Source of the DNA: Chlorokybus atmophyticus
Lineage: Eukaryota > Plantae > Mesostigma and Chlorokybus algae
Length of the DNA: 64,000 nucleotides
NCBI GenBank assembly: GCA_009103225.1
Contig: RHPI01001965.1
Coordinates: 325,114 to 389,113 of the forward strand
Direction of reading: 5' to 3'
Below are positions 1 to 11,997 of the stretch, piece by piece; position 1 is the first letter of the stretch; every line of letters starts with the position of its first letter. Made by a program: the position numbers and the translations under genes. The notes under the pieces are model-generated. The model was not told the origin of the DNA and searched no databases. It saw only the letters and a program-made list of their open reading frames with translations.

Positions 1-510
1 CCCCCATTATTGGCTGGCCGTCGATCCCGGGCCTGCCTTGCTGGCCCGGGCGCCGCACAGATCTGCCCGCCCAGCCGATTGCGCATGGTACTGGTGGTAC
101 TTGCACTTGTGTCATGTGATGACTTTAAGCCAATAAAGGCAAAGTCGTGTCATAAACGACACATTATAAGACTTCGCAAATTGCAAACGGCAGTGCTTGT
201 GTGGTAATCTGATGTTGCAAGGCACAAGGTCCACCAAGAATTGTGTAACAAATACGTGTAACAATATCACGGTACATGTAATAATATGTGAATCACATAT
301 TGCATCTACGCAAATTGTCGTGATATAAAGTCTCTCGCGCAAGGGTGAATGTTGCGACATGAGCAAGTGCAATTAGGTGCTGGAGCTGCAGGGCTCTATT
401 CGGGGATGATGCTGAGTCTTGCGGTGGTTTGAGAGTTTGTAGGGTGCGTGATTACAAGTGGGAGAGAAAAGAACTGGGTGGTCTCCTTAATCAGATGTTG
501 CAGTAAGTCA

Positions 511-844
511 ACAAGCTCCGCAACTTGGAGGATGCTTGTGAGCAAGCACACAGCAACCATGCGTGTGTATATGTGTAAAATTGATAAATGTATGAAGGTT
601 TCGTTGGCTAAGTGAAGCGAGTTTACATACCGCAAGCAAATAAGCAACAAGTACCAGTGCATGAGCAACCGTAAGTTAAGCCGTACAAGGCATGGAAAGT
701 ATCGTTGGTAAAGGGAGGTGCAGTCCGCAGGCAACGAGGTATGGCCACGCCACGAGGTGGGCACATGCAAGGTAAGGCAATGCAAGGCATACAAGAACAA
801 GCTCAAGCAGGCAAAAGGTATACGCCGCACGAATCCTCACAATC
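511..844 (-). repeat. Dispersed ~335-bp repeat (copy 1; copy 2 at 7924-8257), probably a retroelement leader; cut at 844 by an LTR
   Basis: Co-linear similarity by eye (ACAAGCTCCGCAA...GTATACGCCGCA(C/T)GAATCCTCACAATC). Copy 2 lies upstream of a gag-like ORF on the minus strand. Copy 1 stops exactly where TGTAAC (845) begins. Confidence 0.8.
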
Positions 845-1365
845 TGTAACAGCACCACCGTCGCCGGTGATGCCCCTTCAATCCTCTACCCCAACACCCA
901 CACCGCCCATGACAAGCCTTCAACGGCGTGGCCGCCACTGAGCAGAGAACTGAAAGTCCCCACATCAGTTTGATGTGACCTTGATTATCAAGAGTATATC
1001 AAATATATACCTCTCGATAATTAACTCACAACTAGACATCGACCCTACAGATAGGGTAGTTAGGAAATCTAGCGTGAGCCAATCACATCTCAGATTAGAT
1101 ACCTATCGATAAGGTACCTATTGAAAGATACCTATCGTAAGGTACCTAACGAGGTAGTGATCACATTTTATCAAATGTGACACTAAATAGGCCTGAATAA
1201 GCGGTTCTACACCTATAAGGACTTATTTAAGCTATGATAAAGCATCATAGCCTTTAATAAGCAAGAAACCGTAGAAAAAGAGGTATAAATAAGCATTAGA
1301 TACTTATTCATACAGAATGTGTTATTTAGGTAGCAATAACCCCTATTATTATTGCTCCCGTTACA
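845..1365 (-). mobile_element. 3' LTR (~521 bp) of a minus-strand LTR retroelement, with adjacent polypurine tract
   Basis: Bounded by TGTAAC...GTTACA. Positions 1366-1373 read GGGGGGAA on the minus strand directly before TGTAACGGGAG (PPT geometry). No partner LTR found in the window. Confidence 0.7.
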
Positions 1366-3054
1366 TTCCCCCCGACTTAGGTTTTCAACGTCCTCGTTGA
1401 ACTCAAGTTGATCAGGCTTGATTTCGAGTAATTGTAACCAGTGAGATAGCAGGAAATGACAGGGTGGTAATGAAACCGCACGGCCAGTCCGTTATAAAAC
1501 CAAGCCCACAATTTATGGGACAGGACTTGAATCCCAATAAGCTCGAAGCAACTCGCGGCAGTGCGTAACATGCCTGTCGGGCTCCCAACTGTTATGTTCT
1601 GGGCCATACCCTTTTTATTTCACCAAATAGCGAGTTCGTCGCAAATTTTACACGGTGACTGACAAGAGACTGAGGGACTGTCGGGTGCCTGACCATATCT
1701 GACCCTAACTGACCTAACGAGTTGGGCCATTAAGGGACTGAAATGGACTGCCGGTGCATTTTGTGGACTATACTCAATCACCGACCGCCTATCGTACAGT
1801 ATATTGGATTGTTGCCTACCGGTGGTGACGTGACAGCAACATATGTTGACGGTTGCCGACCGCCGGTCATACAGCTTCCGTAACGGCAACCTACCTATTA
1901 TGACAATTAAGTGTACATTCAGGCCCCTAATGGCGACGGTCGATACCGGTGAGTCAGAGTTGACCCGCGGCCGGCCGCCGGCCGTACATTAGCCGCGGCG
2001 GCGACCAACCTACATTGGTAAGCTAATGACCACTCAGTCCCAACGAAGTCTCTTAAGAGGGACGAGCGATGGCGGCGGGTACCTGTCAGTCCGGTTAGGT
2101 ATACTTGGCACCCTCATGGGAACAATAGTACCATTGCAATGGTACAACAGTTCCATCAAAAGTACCCTAGATGGTACTTATTATGTGATTGCACAATGGA
2201 GCCATCGTACCATTTTTATGGTACGATCGTACCATTGACTTGAAGCCGTTGAGCGTTTGAAACGCAGCAGCGTTCAAATGCTCAACGGCTTCAAGTTCAA
2301 GGACAGTTGTGCGGCGGCGGCGGCGGTAGTGGCGGCGGCGGCGGCGGCAATTGCAATGGCATGGTAGGTGAGTTTGATTGTATGTGTCATGATGTATGAT
2401 GCCATTGTGTTGGCGCCCTTGCCGACCAGGCCAGCGGAGGAGGAGCGGCGAGGCGGCGGCGGCGGAGGAAGAGCGGCGGCGCAGGCGGCTGAGTATAAGG
2501 GTAGAGTATAGAGTAGTAGTAGTAGTAGTAATAGCTCAACATAGTTTACATTGTAGCGTAGCAACAGTTTGTAATTTAATCCATGGGTACTTTTGTGCAT
2601 CAATCAAGCTTATAACTCGCCGTCTCTCACAGTTGACGACAATCACATGCATGCAGTATGCAGCACATGACTGAACGGTACCGGTAGGTACCGGTAGGTA
2701 CTGGGGACATTAACGTCAGTTACCCTAAAAGTACCATAAGGTACCCCAAAGGTACCTGATAGTTAGGCACCCTTGAGGTACGGTTGCCGGTACGTAACTG
2801 TTAGGTACTGATTAATTAGGTCAAGTCCCTTTTGCTTGACTGATGGGTATTTAACAGGTACCTGTCAATCTAGGTCAGTCCCTTTATTAAAACGGCTGCC
2901 GACTAATGGTGACGGCCGTTATATCAGGTCCCTGTATCGAGATTATAGGTGGACTGAGCCACGACAGTCAAAATAACTATTGTTTGGTGCACGGCCGTTG
3001 CCAATATTCAATCGGCCGGCAGGGGAAACATTTTGCAAGTTGCGCGTCCTCGAC
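1366..3054 (-). mobile_element. Non-coding internal region next to the LTR, rich in GGTACC/GTACCT motifs, short palindromes and (GCG)n/(TAG)n tracts
   Basis: No recognisable ORF; lies between the PPT and a truncated chromodomain. Confidence 0.4.
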
Positions 3055-4115
3055 TATTAGCTTATGGTTCAATATAGCTTTCACCTCGTATTCGAGCTCG
3101 CTGTCCACCTCAACTGGCGTTGGTGGAGGCTGTGTCCTACCGTCTGAGCGGTAAGGTTTCAACAAGTTCACATGGAACACGTTGTGTATACGCACATTTG
3201 GGGGCAATTGCAGTCGATAAGCGTGCGTACCAACTCTATCAATGATAGAGAAAGGACCTAACCATTGGGGCAGCAACTTGCGAGCACCCGTACCTTTGAT
3301 GGTTATGTTCTTTGCGTTAAGCAAAACTTTATCGCCGACATCGAAAGTGGCCATTCTTCGATGTGTATCAGCATAAGCTTTTTGCCTGTCCTGTGCTTCC
3401 GACAGACATAGCTTGGCTCGAGCCAAATTGTCTTGCATATCAGTGGCAAATCCTTTTGCCGCTGGTACAGTCATGGCATTGCGAGGTACACGCAATGACG
3501 CTGGTGTGTTCGGGCGAATCCCATAATCCAAGAAAAATGGGGTTTCCTTTACACTTTCCTGCCACGCGTTGTGCTCAGCGAACTCAGCCATTGGCAAGTA
3601 CCTGTCCCAATCAGCATGGTTAGAAGCCACATAGTGGCGAAGCATTTCTTCCAGTATTTGATTTGCTCGCTCAGTTGATCCGTCCGTTTGCGGGTGGAAA
3701 GCAGTCGACATGCTTTGTTTTACCCCCAACAATTCATAAACCTCTCTCTAAAGCTTGAAGACAAACCGAGGATCACAATCTGTGATAAGCTCACGCGGTA
3801 CACTGTGAACTCGAAAGGCCGTGGACACAAATAAATGTGCCAAGTCTCGTGCACTCACACTTGTGCAACATGGGGCAAAAACCACAATAACAGTGTATTT
3901 GGCTGCTGTTTCTGGTAGGTCAGTAATCAAATCCATACTGACACTATCCCACTTTTGTTCTGGAATTACTAATGGTTTAAGCAATCCCGCTTGTTTTTGT
4001 CGTAGTGGCTTATTACGTTGACACACGTCACATTTGCAAACATATTAATCCACATCAGCTGACATTGACGGCCACCGATATAACTGTTGCGCTTTGGAGC
4101 CATCAGTGCCCACCG
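2977..4115 (-). pseudogene. Ty3/Gypsy (chromovirus-like) integrase remnant: H2C2 zinc-binding region, rve core, C-terminal GPF/SH3-like region, truncated chromodomain start
   Basis: Translations RWPSMSADVD*YVCKCDVCQRNK, WDSVSMDLITDLP, STAFHPQTDGSTERANQILEEMLRHYV, KLLPQWLGPFSII, HNVFHVNLLKPY, EYEVKAILNH; contains stops and frameshifts. Confidence 0.9.
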
Positions 4116-5848
4116 GGCAGAGTAACAGGCGCGGTAGTCCTGCTCTTTGTCTTCCTCCAAGCGTGCCATACATGTCATGAGGGCAGCCATATGGTCATCA
4201 GCTGGCGGTTTGGCTGGAGCCTTTGCGGCAACAGCAGCAGCGCGCGGACGTCCTTCCAATCCCTTACGCTGAGGAGGGCGATTCTTCCCCCTGTAGCCTT
4301 GCTCTTCCTTGCGAGCGTTGGCGTAGGTGTTGGTGTGGTTATGGCCTCCGGTGTAATTGCTGTTGTAGCCACCAGAGTTGTTGCCGTTGTAGCCACCAGA
4401 GTTGTTGCCGTTGTGGCCTCCAATGTTGTTGCTGTTGTAGTTGTTAACGGGTCTCAACTCGGGGAACTTGAGCCAGCAGACTGACTCCAAGTGGCCTGTC
4501 TTGTGACAGTAGTCGCAGGCCAGAGTTGAGTACTCTTCGGTGCACTCCTTTTTGTAGTGCCCATGCCGTTTACATCGGTGACACAGCACGGGGGCAGGCA
4601 AAGCAGTATGCGCTGACCGTTTCCCTTTGTCGCGTGCTAGTGGAGCATCTCGGCCACATTCGCGGCGCGGAGGCTCGACAGTCGTGCTGGCTACAGGCCG
4701 TGAGGCGCTGCGGTTGGTGTCCAGCACTGCCTTCTCGTACCACCAAGCGCTTATGGATGGCTTGTGCAGTCTCGAAAGCTTCCTTGAGCGTGTAGCCAAG
4801 GGCCCTGCTGTAGTTCAGGGTCAGGCACGTCGACTCGCTCAGGGTGGCATCCAACTCATTGACATATACCACTGCAGCCACCTCATCATTGACGATCTTG
4901 TAGTTAGTGTCCTTCTACAGCCCTTCCAGTCTGGAGTACAGGCGTAGAGGGTCCTCGTTTGGCTTGCGCCGGAACCGCCTCAACTCCTCCACTTTGCTAA
5001 TGGTTTGCGGTGGGAAGGTGCGACGAAGTGCCGCATATAGATCCTTGAGTGGAGAGTCAGAGATGGCAGCACCTACAATGATGGCTGGTGCGCGCAGTTC
5101 AACTGACCCGAGGGTGAAAGCACTGCCTCCCGCACGAGAGCCAGGTGTTGCCATAGGTAGGGGTGTGCCACCTCAACGGCTGCAGTTTGTTGTTCCTCAA
5201 GGATGGCAGCAGAACGGTCCAGGATCTAGGCCCGTCGCGCGGCCGTCTTGATCTCAATGCAAGGGGTCAGGTTGACGATCACCAACTTAGGTTTCTCCTC
5301 CTCTGCTTTGTCAATGGCTGCCGCTATGGACAACCTGGTGACTGCAGCGAGAGTGGCAGGTGGAAAGACGCGGCTGCTGGACTGTGCAGTGATGCAGGTG
5401 CTATGGTACTGGCGAGCTCGCCATAGCTATCAACTAAATGCAGTTCAGCAACAGACTTCCAGACATCATGTGCTGCATGGTCCAGATACTGAGCAACAAT
5501 GCGAAAAGAACTCGCATCTGACCAATCTCTGTTCTTCGGAGCCTGCTGTCGCATCTTGGAATGGAACATGAATTTGTCCAACGAGGTAGTGCCAGCACGT
5601 CTGGAAAAGTGCAGGGACGTGGTTAAGCTGGAAGACTCCATCTTGTAGTCGTCACTGTCGGACGAGAGTGGGGAAGCTTGATGCCGAGGAGTGGACAGGA
5701 ACGGAGTGAAATCGGAGGCAGAACGCGAGCCTCTGCTGCTATGATCGTTGCTCCCGTCGCTGGTCCGCTCGTAAGTGAGATTGGAGGTTGGGCTCCAGCT
5801 GCTGAGGTCACCCTCTTCTATTGGAGAGAACGGGGTGGGCCTGCTCAT
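4116..5848 (-). pseudogene. Retrotransposon gag remnant A with two CCHC zinc knuckles
   Basis: CHRCKRHGHYKKEC and CDYCHKTGHLESVC (CX2CX4HX4C). Upstream pieces RDWSDASSFRIVAQYL and RRKPNEDPLRLYSRLEGL*; broken by stop and frameshifts. Confidence 0.8.
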
Positions 5849-6558
5849 ACAGCTAGTCCAAAGGTGAGAGTGTATGCAGGGTAGAGTGTTTGTGCTCTAC
5901 CGCCTATCTCGATGCCGCTACCACTCACCACACTAGTGCTTATGTGCGCACTATGCAATGACAGTGATAACGAATGCCCAGGGATGTGTCCCCAGATACA
6001 AACTGCACTATCTGATGCAGAATGCAACGCACTCACTTGAGCAAAGAGGGTGACACTGTCGGTCAACGAGCCACTACTATGGGTAGTGCTGTTTACACAG
6101 TTCATTGCATGAGCGGAAAATGTGTTACACTGTTAAGTGAGGTGAATGAGCAAGCAACACGTGGATACTATGCTCTGACTGATGTCAACAAGCACACTGC
6201 AATCAGGCACACCAGGCCCACAGAGATGACAAGCATGATGCACACATGAGCATGCACAGGCTCTCACCCCAGTGAGAGGGTTCTTGGTAACCGGGATGGC
6301 GTGTTCGTGGTTCAAGTCGTTTCACAAGCTTTTAGCTTTCTCACTCACAATATCACCAGCTGATCCGGTGAACACTGTGACTACTTATACAAGTCAAATC
6401 ATGACTGTTCAGAACATAAGCTAACGGTCATATCAAGGCTATCCACAGCAATTGTCATTCGATATCGAACACAACTTATAATTAAACTCACAACTAAACA
6501 GCTACGCACGGTGCCTATGTAGGCTACGCTCATGAGCTACCCTGAAGTCATGACCTAG

Positions 6559-7709
6559 CTACTGGTCAGGAACGCGCGCGCGCTGGTATGTTGGTAGGCC
6601 GGGCGACGGTTTTGACGTAGGCATGCCCGATGAAGGCTGGTATGTGTGGGCACTAGGCACGACAAAGACCAATAATCTTTTGAGCCGCTTGCACCAAATC
6701 TTCCTGCTAGTAGACGGCGCGCATGTATGCATCACATAGGGTGTAGTTGCTGACACTGCTCAGGTCGGCCTTCACATGCTTGCGCAGCGGCTTATCCAGC
6801 TCCTCGACGTACACCTGAGCAAGGCGGTACAGGTTCACGAGCGGCATCTCGCCCAAGGTGGTGTCTGCAACCAAATTGACCATGCGCTTATAAAACTGAA
6901 CAGGAGTTCCTTGGATTTTCTCCGGAGCCAAATAAACTCTGTGGCCTTCTTAGCGGTGTAAGCAAAAAAGCGCTAGTTCAACCGTACGACCAAGTCTTTT
7001 GAGGGAGTCAGCAGTGTTGGCGAGCCGGGGGCCTCTTCGCTAGATTCGGGACGAGGTGGCGTAGGAGGTGCAGGAGTTGAAGCGGTTGCGAGCGGTAGTC
7101 CGTACGCTGCCATAGCTGCAGTCACTGAACGGTTCAACGCTGGGCGTACGCCTCAGTGGTCTCGTCTGCTATCAATGTTGGGGGCATAAAGGGTGTTAGA
7201 GCGATGGTGGTGCCGGAGGCACTATTGCTAGTAACTGTCACCTCGATGCGGGTGGGAAGAGGTCCCCACGCAACGCGCACCGTAACGCGTGGTAGAACGT
7301 GAGGGGCGCCTAGTCGCTGTGCGGCTGAAAGGGTAGAGCCCAAGCCGACACCTGAACAAAGCAGCTGCTCGTCTTTCAGCAAGTCGTGCGCAGTTGCAAC
7401 CTCACGCCACACGGCTACCGCGATGTCATTAAAGTACTTGGCCGCAAGCACAAGCTTTTGCTTGTCATCCCAGTTGTCCCTGGCCCGTATCTGCACGGTA
7501 AGGACTATGGCGTTGAAACGGCTGGGCCAGTCCTTCAGCAAGATGGACCCTATAGCACCAGTGAAGACAAGCTTCCTGCCGTGGCTATTGCTTCCGTTGT
7601 TAACATGGTTTCCAAGTGGAGTGGACATGTCTCCTTCGCTGTCGAAATTGGAGTCGAAGAGGGAAGGATGACAATAAGTTGCAGCAGCGAGTGGGTTGTT
7701 GTCACCCAC
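6559..7709 (-). pseudogene. Second, truncated gag remnant B, paralogous to gag A
   Basis: RDNWDDKQKLVLAAKYFNDIAVAVWREV resembles RDWSDASSFRIVAQYLDHAAHDVWKSV of gag A; AQVYVEELDKPL resembles AVVYVNELDATL. Confidence 0.65.
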
Positions 7710-7923
7710 TCCCTCAACTGATAAGGAGGAGACTGTGGGACGAGATCAGCTAGAGATGTAGTAGAGTCCGCTCGCCTCAACCTTCATGACCACGTCTTGT
7801 GTGCTCCCCAGCTAAGTCCCTGACTCAAGAACGGCATGCACACGCATGCAACGAGCACGGCAAGACAAGGCACATAAACACAACTGAAGTGATGATTAAT
7901 GCTGTGAAGTTAGTTGCAAGTGA

Positions 7924-8257
7924 ACAAGCTCCGCAATTAAGGATGCTTGTGAGCAAGCATACAGCAGCCATGCGTGTGTGTATGTGTAAAATCGATGTAT
8001 GTATGGAGGTTTCGTTGCCTAAGTGAATTGAGTTTACGTACTGCAAGCAACAAGTACCAATGCATGAGCAACCGTAAGTTAAGCTGTGCAAAGCATGGAC
8101 AGTACCGTTTGTGAAGGGAGGTGCAGTCCGCAGGCAACGAGGCATGGCCATGCCACAAGGTGGAAACAGGTATGCACAGGCAAGGTAAGGCAATGCAAGG
8201 CTCACAACAACAAGCTCAAGCAGGCAAAAGGTATACGCCGCATGAATCCTCACAATC
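7924..8257 (-). repeat. Dispersed ~335-bp repeat (copy 2; copy 1 at 511-844)
   Basis: Direct similarity to 511-844. Confidence 0.8.
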
Positions 8258-11197
8258 GCTCACACAAGTCTAACTCTCCAGGCAGCATGCATGCACGCGA
8301 TCCGCCCAGGCTGATAGTAACTTTTGTCTCGTGTGTAATGCCGCCGCTTCCGCGCCAGTCCGCTTACTCGCAATTTACTACAGACTTCCCCCTTATGGTT
8401 TGCTTGCTTAAGAGGCGTGTCGATGTCGGCCGCCGCCTTAGCACTTGCTTCTGAATGACTCCCGCCGAGGGTGGTGTTGATGGGTCTTGTCACTGCTGGC
8501 AAGCGTGTAAAAAGGCTGCGCAAGTTGGGCAAGCTGGTTCGGTGGATGCGGATGCTAGCAAAAGAGCACAAGAAGTGCAAGGGAGAAGTGCGTGCCGAGG
8601 GCTGGCACCACGACATGATGCTCGTAAACGTGAAGAATATTCCACACTCAATAAGTTTACAGTATTAGTAATCTATTTATTACGAATTTAGAGGCATGGG
8701 GCTTGCACCAATACACACGACATTGTGTACATGTGGCAACCTGGTTACATACCATTTTTAGCACAACACTTTTGCCCGCACAACTGTGCAAGCATGCTGT
8801 CCACCAAACAATGAGAGTGCTTGTCCTGCTGCAGCCGCCCGATGTCTTGAAGAGGCAGCTTGCTTATGTTGAGCAAATTGTGTTATTATACATTTTTGGT
8901 TGTACAAAATTTAAATACACATTTGATAATTGCATACATGATAAGCTTAACAAATGTTAAGCCGCTTAGTGACCGCGTCATCATGATACGATAACATATA
9001 AATCTGTTGTGACAAGTCACAACATGCAAATCTACCTATTTTAAACAAATTATTTTACATGTTTAACATATGCATGTGTTGAACATACAAACATATGTCA
9101 ATTCATCTCTGCGTAGCGTTTGTTGCGTGTTATCAATCGTTCGAAAGACGATCACTCGTAAGTTGGATTTCACCTCCCTTCAGAAACGTCAGATTTAAAA
9201 ATAAAGTAATACTGCACTTACATTAAATGCGTTGAAACTCAATTAACATAATGTGCATGACTTGAATTGCATGCACAAACAAATTGCTAATTAGCATGCT
9301 TATATGACTAGAGAGCCGTACATTGCATTTTTTCAATGCACACGCGCCTGCATGTGCGTCAACACATTGTCATACTTTGATGTATTCACTTAACCATGCA
9401 CATGCCACTCCGAGAAAGGACCCATGCAATACATGAACAACATTCTCCACTTATATAACTTTTTACATTTGGCACACACGCACCTGTGCATGCACACCCA
9501 CCCACGGGGGCCTAGCAATACTCACAAACGGGAAAATACAGACGCATGTGAAAACATTCAAAACATGTGTGCACACTTACGCAATCGCATTACACATGTA
9601 CACGTGCGCGCATGTGTGCACGCAAGCGTGCGCACACCACACATGTACATGCACATATGCTCGTGTACGTGCGAACATTCGCATGCAGCGCATACATTGG
9701 CAAGACTTGCCATCCTGCCACCCTACTTGCCTATACATGCACATCCATAAAATAACACGACATGCACGCTCTTGCATTAAACCACGCATTTGTGAGCTTG
9801 AATATGCATTCGCGCGTAAATGCGTATTCAGATCCAAACACACAGACACCTGCGCATGTGCAGATTAACACAATAAGCATGTGCTGGCATGCATGCAGAC
9901 TCTCATGCGCATGCACACATGGGCGGAAATTGACATGAACACGCATACAGTTGGCAGTCATGCGCATGCACCAACCCCGTACACCATACACATCACATAG
10001 CCCAGCCCCTTGGCCTAAATGTATAGCTAGTTGTTGTGCTATAACTTAGGCCTTCGTTGCTGCTGCTCTATTCCTTTGCTGCTTGGTTGTCTTGTGTGTT
10101 GCTTCATTGCTATACCGTATGCACATATGTTCCACACATAGTAGCACACATGATATGCGCTCGGGATACCCAATACACGAGTGTTCAGACGAGTGCTGGT
10201 ACATAGGGATAGTCTGAATGCAATAATCTGCAGTGCTAGTGACGCTTTAAGTGACAACCACTTGCAACGGCCACCAGTGACCCAATGGCATTGAGACCCA
10301 TTGTTCGTGCAACACGGCAGCACGTGGGTTAGGACACCGCTGTGAGCGCTGACGCGGGGTTGTGTGCAGGCAGCGACTGGGACGGCGTTGGTGGCGGCGG
10401 CGGCTGGAGCATCCGCGGCGGGTGCAGCTTTGACAGGAGAGGGTGGGCCAGCGTCTGTGGTGAGACGAACTCTTGGCAGCGGCGGGTTGCTTTGGTGGGC
10501 AGGATCGACTGGCTACAAGGTGAGTCACATGCAGGTCACAGCTTGCAGAGCCGTTGTGTGCGTTGAACTGTGCAAGCACAAGGCTCAAGTCGTTGTACCA
10601 CAACGACTTGCTTGGCGTGCCCGCCCCACGTAAGAAAGAACATCGCCTTGCAAACTTTACTGTCCTTCCGCGATGCTTGTGAAGTTTTGCTGCAGCTGCA
10701 TAATCATGCATGCGCTGAGAGCAAGTTGCAGCCAGGCGCTATGTTGAGCGCTGCGAGGCGCTGAGACTCTCTAGCACAAAGTTACATAAACGCTATAGGC
10801 TAACAGCTGTCTGCAGCCAACCTCTAGCACAGTTGGCCTGGCTACTTCCTAGCCCCGCAGTGAGCAGTCGAACTTGCTATGTCCTAGTGCAGTAACTCAA
10901 GTATTATCTCAGCATTGTATGGTAACCTGGCAATGCTTGAACAGTGCATGGGATACACGCTGCTGAAGTTGTTGACAAGGCGTATGCAACCGTGATGGCC
11001 TTGCAGTTTCTTAGCAACGTAAATAGCTAGTCGTTGCGGATTTGTTTGCTGGGGTTCAAGCGCTCGAGCGATGATTGCGCTGACTGGTGTGCTTTGCCGA
11101 TAGGATGGCAGCTTGCCAACACGCGCTATTGTCCAACGCTCAGCATAAGCGCTGCTGGCTGTGTGCTGTCGAAGCAGGAGGCCACGAGCGGCTTCCC

Positions 11198-11997
11198 ATG
11201 CAGAGTGACAATGCCAAAAGGCACAGCGACTTGACCTTGCTCGTCAAGGGAGAGGAGTTGTACGTTACCAAGTGGATGATGGCCAGATACAGTACTGTGT
11301 TCGCGGACATGTTAGCGTCAGCCACGCTGACAAAGCCGGTAAGCAATGCTACTGATAGCATGGCGTGAGGTTCGCTGCAGTCAGTTGCCTTCAAGTTGGG
11401 GGGGGAGCTCAATTTGAACACAAACCAAGTGCGACAGGAACTAGAATTGGTTGACGCGCAGCCCGAGCACATTGCACAGCTGCTCACCCATCTATCTCCG
11501 GAGGCAGAGCTTCCTGCCATCACGGCGGTAAGTACATGTGGACTCTATGCAATGGCAGTTTACACATAATGAAGCACAACTACCTTGTGCTGTAGCGGTG
11601 TCAACTTAGGTAGAGTGTTGTGCAAGTGCGTATGTTTCTCCAACATTGATGATTGTTGCGGTAGGACAACTTGGAGCCCTTGCTGGCACTGGCAGACAAG
11701 TACCAGATCAAAGTCATCTTCACCCGGTGTGAACCTTACCTGCTACAGCATTTGTCCGTGGATACCATGCTCCTCGCGCAGAGGTACAGCCTGCAGAGAG
11801 TCACAGCAGCCTGCATTGAGCACCTCTCTCGCGCCAGCAGCTCCATGCGCGAGCTCACCGATCCAAAATTACAGCAACTGCAGAGCGAAACACTGTACAC
11901 GCTGTACACCACAGCACTACAAGCGAAAAGAGTTGCATTAACAAACGTCTCATGTTATGGCCATATGGCCGCTACAATCTTTCCAGCTGAGCAATAG
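11198..11997 (+). CDS. BTB/POZ-domain protein, 3 exons (~11198-11338, 11381-11527, 11665-11997); start uncertain
   Basis: HSDLTLLVKGEELYVTKWMMARYSTVFADML and DNLEPLLALADKYQIKVIFTRCEPYL are typical BTB segments; GT-AG junctions keep the frame. Confidence 0.75.

Noticed and set aside
6344-6555. Possible 5' LTR and PBS (TGGTGATATTGTGAG on the minus strand) of gag element A
   Set aside because: No second copy in the window, the ends are degenerate, and the PBS matches no tRNA I can identify.
8455-8691. Basic ORFs (KRVKRLRKLGK...) after the retroelement nest
   Set aside because: No recognisable domain or splice context; cannot be supported as a gene.
9300-10000. His/Thr/Cys-rich ORFs
   Set aside because: Translations of low-complexity CA/TG/GCAT-rich non-coding DNA.
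10342-10633. Exon-like GC-rich segment upstream of the BTB gene
   Set aside because: Two frames are open and neither could be linked to a known protein or to the BTB ORF.
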